Assembly: GCA_951406725.2 (NCBI GenBank)
Contig: OX597829.1
Coordinates: 29,326,001 to 29,390,000 of the forward strand
From: Octopus vulgaris
Taxonomy: Eukaryota
Direction of reading: 5' to 3'
DNA: 64,000 nucleotides
Below are positions 37,360 through 50,142 of the stretch, piece by piece. The notes below the pieces were generated by a model. It saw only the letters and a list, made by a program, of their open reading frames with translations. It was not told the origin of the DNA and ran no database searches. A program made the position numbers and the translations under genes. How positions within the stretch are numbered: the first letter of the stretch is position 1; every line of letters starts with the position of its first letter.

Positions 37360-37562
37360 TCAGTCATTTTTCTTTTCCTTATCTGATTTCAAAGCGCTGT
37401 CTTCTGCTCCTTCATCAGGACTTGTAGAATCAGTTTCACCATCTCTTAAAGCCACAGTTCCATTAGGCTCAAGCATTTCTTGGCTGGTTCCAAATTCATT
37501 CAGACGCTGGGGATCCACTCGATAGATGTAACGTTGGTAGAGGTAAATGAAGAATACTATAT
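37360..37562 (-). CDS. CLPTM1: CLPTM1 last coding exon
   Basis: ttcag|(D)IVFFIYLYQRYIYRVDPQRLNEFGTSQ...KEKKND*; 203 nt. Confidence 0.93.
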
Positions 37563-37605
37563 CTGAAATTAGAAGAAAATTGAAAATTTAAGTTAAATAT
37601 CACAA

Positions 37606-37767
37606 GGCATAGGAGTGGCTGCGTGGTAAGTAGCTTGTTTACCAACCACATGGTTCTGGGTTCAGTCCCACTGCGTGGCATCTTGGGCAAGTGTCTTCTA
37701 CTATAGCCTTGGGTCAACTAAAGCCTTATTAGTGGATTTGGTAGACGGAAACTGAAAGAAGCCCGTA

Positions 37768-37843
<76 letters not shown>

Positions 37844-38040
37844 ATATGTTTGTCCCCCCAACATCGATTGACAACCGATGCTGGTGTGTTTATGTCACTG
37901 TAACTTAGCAGTTTGGTAAAAGAGACCGATAGAATAAGTACTAGGCTTACAAAGAATAAATTCTGGGGTCAATTTGCTCGACTAAAGGTGGGTGCTCCAG
38001 CATGGCCACAGTCAAATGACTGAAACAAGTAAAAGAGTAA
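37606..38040 (+). mobile_element. SINE family A (intronic)
   Basis: Same structure as 14010-14405; further copies at ~38085-38470(+), 38515-38870(-), 42520-42880(-), 45425-45745(-), 56570-56850(-). Confidence 0.8.
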
Positions 38041-39373
38041 ACTAAATACTACTTTGTATAAAATAATGTTTAGGTTTGACGAACATGTGGCTGTGTGGAA
38101 ATAAGTTTGCTTCCCAGTTGTATGGTTCTTGGTTCAGTCCTATTGCATAGCATCTTGGGAAAGTGTCCTCCACTATAACTGTGGGCTGACAAAAGCTTTA
38201 CAAGTGGATTTGATAGATGGAAACGGAAAGAATACTATACTAGATAATGTGTGTGTGTGTAAGTCTCTTTGTGTTTGTGCTTGAACCCTACCACAGCTTG
38301 ACAACTGGTGATTGTTTGTTGTTTATATCCCTGTAGCTTAGCAGTTTGAAAAAAAGAAAAAAAAAAAAAAAAGGAAAGAAACCCAAAGGAAATAAGTACT
38401 GGGCTTAATTCGTTTGACCCCCAGCATAGCTGCAGTCCAATGACTTAAACAAGTAAAGGATAAAAGATAAGTTAAGCTAAGAGTGTGTGTGTGTTCTTGC
38501 ATGTTTTATCTTTTAATCTTTCACTTGTTTCAGTCATTAGACTGTGGCCATGCTGGGGTATCTGCCTTGAAGAATTTATAGTTGAATAAATTGACCCTAG
38601 TACTGATATTTTTTTTAAAGATTAGTACTAAACACCTCAACACCAGTAGTCAAGTGGTGCTGGGGAGACATACACTAAGACACACACACACATATATATA
38701 TACATTATATATGATGGGCTTCTTTCAGTTCCTGTTTACCAAATCCACTCAGAAAACTTTGGTTGACCTAAGGCACTTACCCTACTTGCTCAAATTGCCA
38801 TGCGGTGGGCCTGAACCTGGAACCATGTTGTTGGGTAGCAAGCTTCTTACCATGCAGCCACACCTGCACCTATGTTATAAAATTTCTCTGAATACATTGA
38901 CTAGGATTATCGACAAACTTCATGTTGTTAAACTCACCAATGCTGGAATAACTTCAGATTTATTCACCTCAAAATGATTTTCTTTGCTGGCCATTTAAAT
39001 CCCATGAATAGTTCTAATCAAGCAGGCCCCATGGCCAAATAGCTATGACCATTCCATCTTTTTCTAGGAACAGTGTTCCCCACTGTACATTCCTTAATGT
39101 GTTTTCCATTTTATTGGTTCAAGGGTGATTTGGGTGCTATTTCCAGTAATTTGAGCAATTAGTGTGAAGGTTTTTTTTTCTCCCCTAAAACTAATAGTAG
39201 CATCACAAAAAGTAACAATTATTCGAGACAGCTAATACCTCTCACTTGCAATGTCTTCATATCCAATTGGGGGTTGGAGAGAATAAAAAATAAAAAAAAC
39301 TCGCCTCTAAATAGCTACAACTTTAGCACTACAGTAAATGTCCACTAAGAACACTGTGTTACATGATTTTTGT

Positions 39374-39801
39374 TCTTGGGTAGCAACTGCTATTTCCTAT
39401 TTGCTTACCGCTTAGAAAGTATGAAAAATTGCTAACATTTCCTTCACACTTTGCTTTTGTTACATTTATTCAAACCCTAAAGAATCCGTCTCTACACATT
39501 GATACGATGCTCTCCCACTACTCCTGCTCATGATCAGAAATGCACATATTGTCAGCCACTAAGCAACATGCTCATGTGGTTAAGGTCAAGTAACTGACAG
39601 GTAAATCTGTGTTAAGCAGAATATTTGTTATAATATTTCTGCTTTAACAACTTAGTGCTGAATCTCTGAAATATAACAGAAAATAGGCCCATCTCAAAAC
39701 ATTGACATCCAGGTAACAAAAGCAAAGTTTGAAGGGAATAGTAATCATTTCCTTTGATATCTAAATAGAAGCAAATAGGAAATAACATTTACTTACCAAA
39801 G
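39374..39801. mobile_element. Old MITE/foldback with imperfect TIRs
   Basis: TATTTCCTATTTGCTT..CCTTCACACTTTGCTTTTGTTAC mirrored by GTAACAAAAGCAAAGTTTGAAGG..AAGCAAATAGGAAATA. Confidence 0.65.
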
Positions 39802-40541
39802 GCAAACGAAAAAAAAAGTTACATTGTGTAATTACTGCCAGAAATATGACACCAAAACTAAAGGCTTAAACAAAGCAACCACACTAATGGTTTTTAAATT
39901 GGCACAAGGGCACCTATTCATAAGAGAAGGGCACTAAATCAATGACTCAGTACCTGTTTTATTGAACTTGGAGAAATGAAAAACAGGACTGATCTTTGTG
40001 GTATTGGTACTCAGAATGCAAAGGGAAAGGTGAAATACTCAGAAAAACAATGAAGGATCCATGTGGTTACTTGACTTGTTAAAAATAGCAGCCAAATCTT
40101 CCTAAATTCACATCCTCTGCCTTATGTGTGCGTGTATATACACAAGTATGAAGGAGCTTCTACATAACTGTTTGACCTGCTAGAAATAAGTCATCTTTCT
40201 CTTTCTCAAATCACATCTACTGTCTTAATAAAAGATGTGATGGTCATGGCTGGAATACTTCTGGTCACAGACCAGTTTAATTTAAGCTGACCTGGAGATT
40301 TTAACAACTGGCTATTACGGTATTTAGTGCATTATGGGCAAGTTTGTTGAAACATTTGATTCATCACAGTTCAACATCCATCTTGTTATTGGTGATGTGG
40401 TTTAATCTCAATGTGTCACTGATATTCTCTTACCCTAAATAACCAAGTGGAATAGGTTTAAGAAATGTAAGAAACAAGTTGAAGATAAGACTACTGAAAC
40501 ATTTTGCATGTAAGTAGAACCTCTTGATCCAATTGCGACAT

Positions 40542-40666
40542 TAGACATTAAATGGTGACGATGATGATGATAACGACGATGCAAAGACACTCACCAAATC
40601 ATATTGTTTAGTCGCTGATTTATATGTTGATTTTTCTTTAAATATTGGCCTGGGAATGAAACCCAA
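40542..40666 (-). pseudogene. Duplicated partial CLPTM1 exon with donor site, in the last intron
   Basis: 125 bp with 3 mismatches to 47878-48002. Confidence 0.9.
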
Positions 40667-41181
40667 CAGTCTAGATTCCAACAATCTATCTAGAATCACA
40701 TTATTCAGTGCGCCTTCCCTTTTTTTTTTAACAGTAGAGAGAGATTTAAGGGAGACTTGGAAGCTATTTTTAACACCTTTGGCGAGCATGCTGAATCTTT
40801 TATTCCTTGTTAGATTGTGTAGTTTGCTGTTTTTCAGCCATGAAGCTGGAACTGTTCAATGACATGATTCCATTTTGAATCATATCATTGAACAGCATAC
40901 CTCGCTGACTGACACTACTTACTGAGTCTGTCCACTATTTATTAGTAGTGGACCAGCCCACTTCTTACCTGAGGGCATCCACCACAACACTTTTGAATTC
41001 TACATTTATGTGACGGGAAAAAAACTCCCCAATCATATAATTTAATGTTAAACCTAACTTCAGTTAAATGGAGGGGAATTCATAAATATTGTCAGGAATG
41101 TAGTAAAAAGTGGATCCAAAGACAGTCTTCAATAACGTGACAGTTATATAATATATATATATTTACATACACACACACATA

Positions 41182-41387
41182 CAGGGGGGTGGGTGTTGAA
41201 AAGTCCCTGGCTTTATGAGCATCACAAAAGGCCTAACCTTCTAAGTTCTTTTACAGAACTCAGAAAAACTGAAGGACCACTGCAATAAGTTTGTGAATCT
41301 GAGAAGGGGAATATGTTGAATAAAATCGTAACTGATCCCCCTGTATTTTCTTCTACCCAAAGCAAGGACCTTTTCAACACCCCCTCA
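41182..41387 (+). mobile_element. Mariner-derived MITE
   Basis: TIR GGGTGTTGAAAAGTCCCTGGCTTT / AAAGCAAGGACCTTTTCAACACCC, TA flanks; internal GGGGAATATGTTGAATAA (GEYVE*) typical of a mariner transposase end. Confidence 0.75.
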
Positions 41388-44130
41388 TATATACAATATA
41401 AAGGCTTCCATGACAGCATGGACTGAATAGTCTATCATGGTTTGTGTCAGATGTTATTCAGAGTCATTGTCTTCTGAGATGAGACAGGAAAGCACATCTT
41501 GCTTGAACATCTCAGTTTTGGCATAGTTTCTATGATTGGATGCTTTTCTTAACATCAATCACTTTACTGAGTGTATATTATTGTGTGGCATCAGCCATCA
41601 CTGGTGAGGTTCACCTTGTAATATTCACAAGACTAACGAGCTTCACAACTCAGGGGATGATAATGTAAGCTGAGTTTAAATTGATGTGTCGAGAGAAATA
41701 TGATGGGAGGACCGATTTATTGTTGTGTGAAGATAGAGGAGTGATGACTAAAGAGACAACACTGGTGGGGAGTAACAGAAAGGAAACAGCAGTATCAGAG
41801 GTTAGAAGGGAACAAAGTCCCTGGAGGAGAATTAATGGATGTTATTACCAGAATGTGGTGTAAGTGGATCTAAACGGTGCAAGAATATTATCAAAAAATT
41901 TTTTCCCTGAAGTATGTTAATTTCAAGAATAGCTGTCAGTGGAGGCATAATGAAATCTTTGATTGCAACAAAGAGATCCGACAGGTAAGATACGATCTAG
42001 TTTTAGAAGTGAGTGAGTATACAATTAGATCTAGTTCTAGAGGTGAGTGAGTATACAATTCAGGAGTTCAAATCCATTAGTCATTATTGTATCTTTGTGA
42101 AAGACAAATCCCAATTTATTCTACACACCACAAGTTACCTAACTATTGAGAATACTCCCAAGAACTACAAACAAAGTTTCTTGCAATAGGCAAAGATTTG
42201 GCCTTAGTGTTGCAGCAAAGCATCAGCCCAATGGTTTTTCAAAGGATTCATTTTAATTTGACCTCTTATCTTAGAACATAAGCAGTTTTAATTTTGGCAA
42301 TTTAAGACAGGAAATAGGATTTAAATTATGATTGGATTTAGTTCACCAATTCTATATAACCTGTGTTCATTGCTTGTCAATAAACAAGCAGTTGTGCAGG
42401 AATTATCTCCTGGAAAACTGACAATGCACAACAAACAGCTCCATGTCAAACTGTCCAACCCATGCCAGCATGGAAAATGGATGTTAAATGATGATGATGA
42501 TGATGTGTGTATGTATATATATTCTTTTATTTGTCATTTGAGTGTGGCCATGCTGGAGCATTGCCTTGAAGGATTTCAGTTGAACAAATTGACCCCAGGA
42601 CATTTTTAAAGCCTAGTACTTATTCTACTGGTCTCTTTTGCGAAATTGCCAAGTTACAGGGATGTAAACACACCAACACCAATTGTCAAGTGGTGATGGT
42701 GGGGGTGGGGGGACAAATACACGCACACATGATGGGCTTCTTTCAGTTTCTGCCTACAAGATCCACTCAAAGATTTGGTCAGTCCGAGGCTATAGTAGAA
42801 GATACTTGCCCAAGGTGCCATGCAGTGGGACTGAACCTGGAATCATGTGGTTGGGAAGCAAGCTTCTTACCACACAGCCACACTTCAAAAATTAATTAGA
42901 AACATGACACATCAAATGGAAAATACACACAGAAAATATAGACATACTTATTCCTCATGAGATATCATCCAAAAAATCCTTACAATGTCATTTGTATGTA
43001 AATATATATAAGGGAAACAATTTGTAGTAGCAAGCAGAAAGGAATGGAGTCAGACAAATGAAATAATGCCCCACTCTGCTGCCAAATTCAAATTTTATTT
43101 GTGATGATTTAATAATTTATACACTAATTCCATAAGGCAAAGAACCATTACTACAACTTAGCTATACAGGTGCGAGGTGCTAAAATGTTGTTGCAGTTCC
43201 CACAAAATATTTTTTCAACAATGTTGTATTTTACTACATTGAAAATTCCCCTGGTTTATCAATATTTGGTTGTGGGATTTCATTTCTTAATGAAAATTGA
43301 ATTGTAGTTCAATTTTGAACCTCATGACTCATTCAATGTAGCCACTACTAAGAGTAAGATGAGATCTTGTAAACAATAAACTATTAAGGAAACACTACAT
43401 AAAAGCTGTTCCCAACCTTCTACATACAGTGAAGCTATGCCCCACCATTCTGTCTTTGTCTACCTTTACAACCATAATCCTGCCTTCTGAACTTACATCA
43501 TCTACACTGTGCATAATACATTTCATTTACAAATTCCACTCAAAACAGTTTTGAATTCTTCCTCCCCAGACTAGTACTTTTGTACTCTGTATCTATAAAG
43601 GTATCAAATTTTGGCACAAGGCCAGCAATATTTTTGGGGGGTGTGTGTGTGTCAAATATATCAACCCCAATACTCAACTGGTACTTATATCGATCCTGAA
43701 AGGATGAAACACAGGTCAAACTTGACAGAATTTGAACTTAGAACATAAGACTCTCTGCATTCATATTTAAGATTAATTGTTCCAATAATTATATAACCTA
43801 AGTGGTTCATAGACAGTTATACATATAGCTTTCAATATTCTGTTACCAGTAAAGGGTCTTATTTGAGATACCTATACCACCAGTGGTGTACCTGATTTCA
43901 TAATCCCTTGCCATATAATAATTAACAGCTTCTTATACTATGAAAAATGTCAAAACTCATCTAACGAAAACAACCTTTTAATAAAATTCAGTTGAAATAT
44001 GTAAAACACAAACAGAATGCAACTCAATCAAAATGAAGTGTACTTTTAAAAAGAAACTGTGCTGAAAAATAAGTAGACTGGCTCTTAAGATGCAACAACA
44101 TAAAATCAAGAATTAGGTAAATCTACATAC

Positions 44131-44298
44131 CGTCCCTGAAACAGCCCAACCGGTACAGTGTTGGCATTTTGATAACAAATGCAAATATGTCATCAATAAA
44201 TGTATTTAATGCTTTGTAAGTTAGCATACGCCATGGAAGATGTGCAACTGATTTCATCTTATAGTTGATGAACAACTGCGGTGTCATCATAATGAACC
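44131..44298 (-). CDS. CLPTM1: CLPTM1 exon
   Basis: (G)FIMMTPQLFINYKMKSVAHLPWRMLTYKALNTFIDDIFAFVIKMPTLYRLGCFRD; AG/GT; 168 nt. Confidence 0.96.
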
Positions 44299-46389
44299 CT
44301 GAAAAATGAAAAACAAAAATAAATAAAGTAACAACTTTACAATAGAAGAGAATTGCTATTTTGTAACATTAATTCATTTGAAAAAGGAAAACAGACAAAA
44401 AAAACCTTCAATATTAAAATGGGAATAACTGTATGGAAACTTACTTTAAAAAAATATATTAATATAAGAGAATATAAAATATAAATTAATAGGTTCAAAT
44501 GGATGAAAAAAAAAAGAAAAAGAAAAAAGAGGGAGATTTTAAAAGATGGCAGTAGTGAAAAAACATTTTGTACAAGATTTCAAAAATATAGGTTACAGAG
44601 ACCTAATTTTATTTTGTAAAAGTGTAAACAAACTAGAACCTCTGATTGGTTACTGATAGTGTTATTAACAATGCATATTTAAATTCTCATTGGTTTTCAT
44701 AATGATGTCAACAGGTTCAGCTAAATGATTGGTGACTCTTACACTTTAGTGTAGTTATTTGTTCAGGCTCAAGATTCTTTTTAAACACTACAGATAGATC
44801 TAAGATGTTCAACCTAGGATGTAGTAAATGTTAAATTAACAATTACAGAAATTTGTAGGTCACATGAAAAAAACTATTGTACATTTATTAATGCTCAATA
44901 CTACTTAATAACCACCAGCACACCTAGAAGTAGAGGAAATGAATGATCATCTATAGACTTGTTAGAAAGAAAAACCAAATTGTCCTTAATCCTTTAGCAT
45001 TTAAACAGCCATATCAGGCCAATATATTCTACCTATCTTATACTCAAACTGACCAGTTCCATCCTTTCACACCTACTGTACAATATCATTCTAATACTAT
45101 ACAATCACATCATAAAAATCTCAAAAGCTACAAGATAATGAATGATTAATTCTAAACAATGTGAATGAAAAGCATTACATTTAACAGAATAATTTGAATT
45201 CTAATGGGTTAAATTACAATCTGCTTACATATAGGACAATGTAATGGATGGGATAGCCATGGTTGAGGTACCTTTGATCTACTCAGTCAAGATTGACTTA
45301 TGTTAAACAACAATAGCACTACCATCTGGAACCACTGACACAACCATGAAGTTGGCAACCATTACATGTTAAGTACACCTTTCAATTTTACTCTCCAGTA
45401 ATAGGGCTTTTATTAAATCTTTTACATTTTACTGCTTTCAATCAATAGCCATGCTGGGGCACCACCTTGAAGAATTTTAGTTAAATGAATTGACTCAAGA
45501 ACTAATAATTTTCTTTTGTAAAACCTGGTAGCTATTCTATTGCTCTCTTTTGCAGAACCACTAAGTTGTGGAATGTAACTCACGAACAACTGGTTGTCAA
45601 TCAAGGGTGGGGGACAGGGCTTCTTTCAGTTTCTGTCTACCAAACCCATTCACAAGGCTTTGGTTGGCTTGCCCAATGTTCCACACAGTGGAATTGAATC
45701 CGGTTGGGAAGCAAGCTTCTTCTCACACACTCCATGCCTGTGCCTATGATATAAATTGTTGAAGTAAGTATTTATACTGATGGTCATGACTAGACTAGTC
45801 TAGAAGCCATAGATGGGGCTAACAACAACCCAGAACTCTATTACTAACTACCACCACCCAGAAATTATTATGTCTTTCACTCAGTACAGACAAATATAAA
45901 TACATACAAACAAACCACATTAACAAAATCAATACATTAATTCATCTCAATCAATGTGTTAGGACTTAGATGTACACCACTAACAAAGATTAAATGCAGA
46001 GGAACAGTTTAATGTCAGAACTCAAAAACTGCCAACAAGGTTTGAGACCATGTGCACATATTTAGTCATCAAGTATCTTTAAATTTATAGCCACATTAAG
46101 ACAAAGTAATTTAAAAAGTTATCTGCAGATAATAACAACAATCCTTTCTACTATAGGCACAAAGCCTGGATGGTCAATCACATTGACCCTAGTACTTCTT
46201 GACTGATACTTATTTTATCAACTCCAAAAAGATGAAAGGCAAAAATCAACCTCAGCTGAATTTGAACTCAGAATGTGAAGACAGACGAAATACTGCTATG
46301 CATTTTGCCTGGTGTGCTAATGATTCTGCCAGCTTCACGCAATATTTATTATGACAACAACAACAACAATAATAAAAAAAAATACTCAC

Positions 46390-46525
46390 CAAATGTTAGC
46401 AAAAATCCATACAACATACTTAATGAGAATGAATACCATCCCTTATGTTCATTATATACTAATGAGTAGATAGAATACATTACTAACAAAGGAAACAAAC
46501 ACCATGATAAATACTTGAAAGCCAC
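46390..46525 (-). CDS. CLPTM1: CLPTM1 exon
   Basis: VAFKYLSWCLFPLLVMYSIYSLVYNEHKGWYSFSLSMLYGFLLTF; 136 nt. Confidence 0.95.
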
Positions 46526-46708
46526 CTGGAATTAGAGAAAAAAAAGTTTATTACATTTTTTGATAAAAAGAAAAATGTTTACTATGTTACTATAGAATAA
46601 TTATTTAGAAGGAGGAACAACAAGAGATCTTTAAGGATCTTTATTTATTAGCATCATAGATGCAAACACGATGGTTAAGAAGTTGGTGGCAGGTCAATGG
46701 TGTTATAA

Positions 46709-46793
<85 letters not shown>

Positions 46794-46872
46794 TAAATAT
46801 ATAGAGATAGATAGATAAATTTACATAGAGCATATATAATACAGAATACTAATGAAAGAATGTGTAGTTTAA

Positions 46873-47019
46873 CTCGACAACTGTTTCTAGAAGTTCAGAA
46901 TTAGGTAATAATCACAATATTCATAATTAGTAGAAGGAATGTGCAAAAAGTCATACATAAGCAACCAGTAAATGGTTGCATAAAGAAATTACCATAATAT
47001 GTGCTTCCTTCATCAGGAA
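46873..47019 (-). ncRNA. Hammerhead-like motif with long loop II, sense to CLPTM1 pre-mRNA
   Basis: TTC-CTGATGA-AGGAAG...CTTCTA-GAAAC-AGTT-GTC-GAG: core intact, 5-bp stem II, near-palindromic stem III, weak 3-bp stem I; (TA)n at its 3' side. Confidence 0.55.
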
Positions 47020-47930
47020 AAAGAATTGGTAATAGCGATTCACATAGTAGTGCAAGAGATTTAAATGTAGAGGGGGAGAAGAGGAAGAAAGGAATAAAAG
47101 GCAGGGAGAGGAGATGTGTCTTATGGAAGGGCCCCCATTCCTTGCCTGCTGGTATAGTCATAAAAAATGCATATGGATGAGGACAGCTGTGTAAAGAAGT
47201 GTCAGATGCTAAATCGGTTTAGAAGCTGAAAGAGGAAACCCCACGTAACCAAAGGATGAAGTGGTGAAAAATAACCTTCAGATGTTGACAAAGGACTGAG
47301 ATGATTGGCAGTTTCCTGTGCTTGAGAAGATCTGTCTCTCTAAGGCATGTTGCTTATGCCTATGCCCCTGATGAATCTCTGCTCATCAACTCTTCCTAAC
47401 ACCCATGTTCACCTCTTACTGCATTCCCCTCCCCTCTCCCACTCTCCTTTTGCACTGTCATGAACTTATCTGCACACAACCTGTCCTTGAACCATGACAC
47501 CCTCATCCATGTTCACTCCTTTCTCCTTTTGCAAACTTACCTATTCACTCACCCTATCCAATTCTTTATACTACTCCATACACACACACACCTCTTATTA
47601 ACTTGAGGGTATGACTGACATCTTCACCAACTTCACTCACCTCTCGCTTTTCCCAAGTGGAGTTAGCCATGTATCTCATCTACAACACACCTGTTTCTGT
47701 TCCTCTATTCATACACTAGCCTCTCATTACCTAGCACAAAGCCACCTCCCTGAATACAACACATCACTCAGGTGAGCAGTCATGTCTTGCAAGTCACTTG
47801 GTATCTAACCCTGTTAGTGTTGGTAAAAAGTACCCAATACACTATTCAAAGTGGTTGCAATCCAACTCATGTCAACATAGACATTAAATGGTGACGATGT
47901 TGATGATAATGACGATGCAAAGACACTCAC

Positions 47931-48023
47931 CAAATCATATTGTTTAGTCGCTGATTTATATGTTGATTTTTCTTTAAATATTGGTCTGGGAATGAAACCC
48001 AAGATTTTGTTTTCACGGTCAAG
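47931..48023 (-). CDS. CLPTM1: CLPTM1 exon
   Basis: LDRENKILGFIPRPIFKEKSTYKSATKQYDL; ttccag / gtgagt; 93 nt. Confidence 0.93.
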
Positions 48024-48634
48024 CTGGAAATAAATGGAACAAAGAATATTATTGTTTATTTCACATTTAAACAGAAACAAAAATATAAATTTACATCAGT
48101 TTTTTTTTTCCCTTCCTCACCAACCATTTAAACCCGTTTATCTATTTTTCTCAAGCTTGAATGATATGGCTTTCTTTTGCAAACATGGGCATTTACTTCT
48201 TTTGATGACATCTCATCTGGGATTGTCTCTAGATCTATGATAGAAACTTTATGTTTTAGAGTTATCTACAGTAAAACAGTCCTTCAAAATTTCATGTCAA
48301 TTTATGTTAAAAAAAAATTATTTTTTAATGTGACAAAGCTATTTTACTAAATTCTTCATAATTTTCGAACTCAGTTGGAACATAGGCTGTGAATATTGAT
48401 AGAAATATGGTACCAAACAGGTTAAGCATTAATAGAACTGCTTTTACAGCTTGATAATTTATCTTTCAAGGCAGTAAGCATTATATATATATATTACTAC
48501 TTTGATGTTCAAAAATATTAAGAATGTTTGAACATTTGTAAGTCTTAATTAAAATTTGAAGTTTTCATGTTGCAACAACTCTCCGCCACTACAAATAAAA
48601 GTTTCAATTTCTAGAAAACTGTGAGATTACTTAC

Positions 48635-48825
48635 CGATATATCAAGAACTTTTTGAATTTTCCATATTTCTATTGCTAGTCCAATAATGACACTTATTTT
48701 CACTATTGGGTTAGTTTCATTGTCTAACACATAGAGCACCACAACTACGGACTGGAACACATTGAAGAAAACCGATCGAACCGAAAGTCCTTCTAAAGAT
48801 TTTCTACTTTTCCAAAACTGAATAT
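48635..48825 (-). CDS. CLPTM1: CLPTM1 exon
   Basis: (D)IQFWKSRKSLEGLSVRSVFFNVFQSVVVVLYVLDNETN...IEIWKIQKVLDIS; 191 nt. Confidence 0.96.
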
Positions 48826-50048
48826 CTGAAAAAGTAAATAGATATACCGTAAAAATCCATGTAATTTACGCACTTTTTTCGCAAAATCAAACTAAAACAA
48901 TTTTAGGGGCTGTGTAAATTACATGAGTAGATTGTTTCCAGAACTGTTTTAGAAATTTTTTTTGTTGAAAAATGACATACGGGAAGTTGACTCATTTAAT
49001 GTCAATAGATTTTTACAGAAAAAATATAACGAAGCTGAATGGTATAACGCCTACTTTTTCCGTATAAATTTACTAAAACCATTAAATGGTTAACTACTTT
49101 TTGAAGTTTGACGTTCATGCTGGTAATTATGGTCTGGGCCATATTTTACATTGCTTGGAGCTTTACCTATCGCAATGGAGCCCAGCAATTTCCTTAAATA
49201 GATCAGTTTTTCTCTGCTTAGGGAGTCTAGCTTGCATTTGCATCAGGAAGCTATTTGTTTGCTTTCTCCACATTACGACACAATGAAATTCTAGTTTCAT
49301 TAACCCTATAAGTGCAGGTGCAACTGCGCAGTTAAGAAGCTCACTTCCCAGCCATATGGTTGTAGGTTCAGTCTGCATCTTGGGGCAAATGTCTTCTTTT
49401 ATGGCTCTGGGCTGACCAGAGCTTTGAGTGGATTTAGTAGACCAAAACTGAAAGAAACTTGTTAAGTATGTATATTGGTCTTTTGTGTGTTTATGTGTGT
49501 GTCTCCTTTCTTGACATGGGATAGATATAAACAAGTGCCACTATTATACTTGGAAACAGGTGAGGGTTAGTGACATCTAGCTGTAAAAAAACAAAAACAC
49601 CTTCAAAGATAGGATTTGTCAAGGCAGATTTTATACAGCCAGGTGCTCTTCCTACCATCAACCCTCACATTACCAAGTGAGGTAATATTCCCCATGATTA
49701 GACTTGTTTGCACAGAAGATTGGAAACAAGGGACAATGCTTACATGAAAATGTCATGCGTGTATGTGTGTGCAGATATAACATGGTACTAGTCTCCAGAG
49801 CCTCAATCAATGCTTTGAGTTCTACCATGCAGTAGGACTTGTTATCAATGTCTCTAAGTGCATCTGGCTCTCATAAAAGGTTGGGGAAAATCCTTTCTCA
49901 CACACACATATTTATTCATAAACTAATTTCAAAAGTTAAGAAACACACATCTATACATAATGATGCTTCTCAACTATTATATATAGTTTTATTTTTCTCT
50001 CAGAAGTTTTTAGCTAAGATCATATTTAAAATCTTTTTGCATACTTAC

Positions 50049-50142
50049 CATTCTTAAATGCCAAGAATTCAAATACACTATGTACAATTGATACGATAAC
50101 AGTAATAGCCAGTAAGTATGGATTAGTTTCCAAGAAAGCAAT
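50049..50142 (-). CDS. CLPTM1: CLPTM1 exon
   Basis: IAFLETNPYLLAITVIVSIVHSVFEFLAFKN; 94 nt. Confidence 0.96.

Noticed and set aside
41985-42060. 35-bp tandem duplication (also a ~47-bp one at 22205-22320)
   Set aside because: Ordinary local slippage duplications
47368-47374. CTGATGA hammerhead half-core (also near 2121, 53359 and 54213)
   Set aside because: No matching GAAAC with stems II/III and stem I closure
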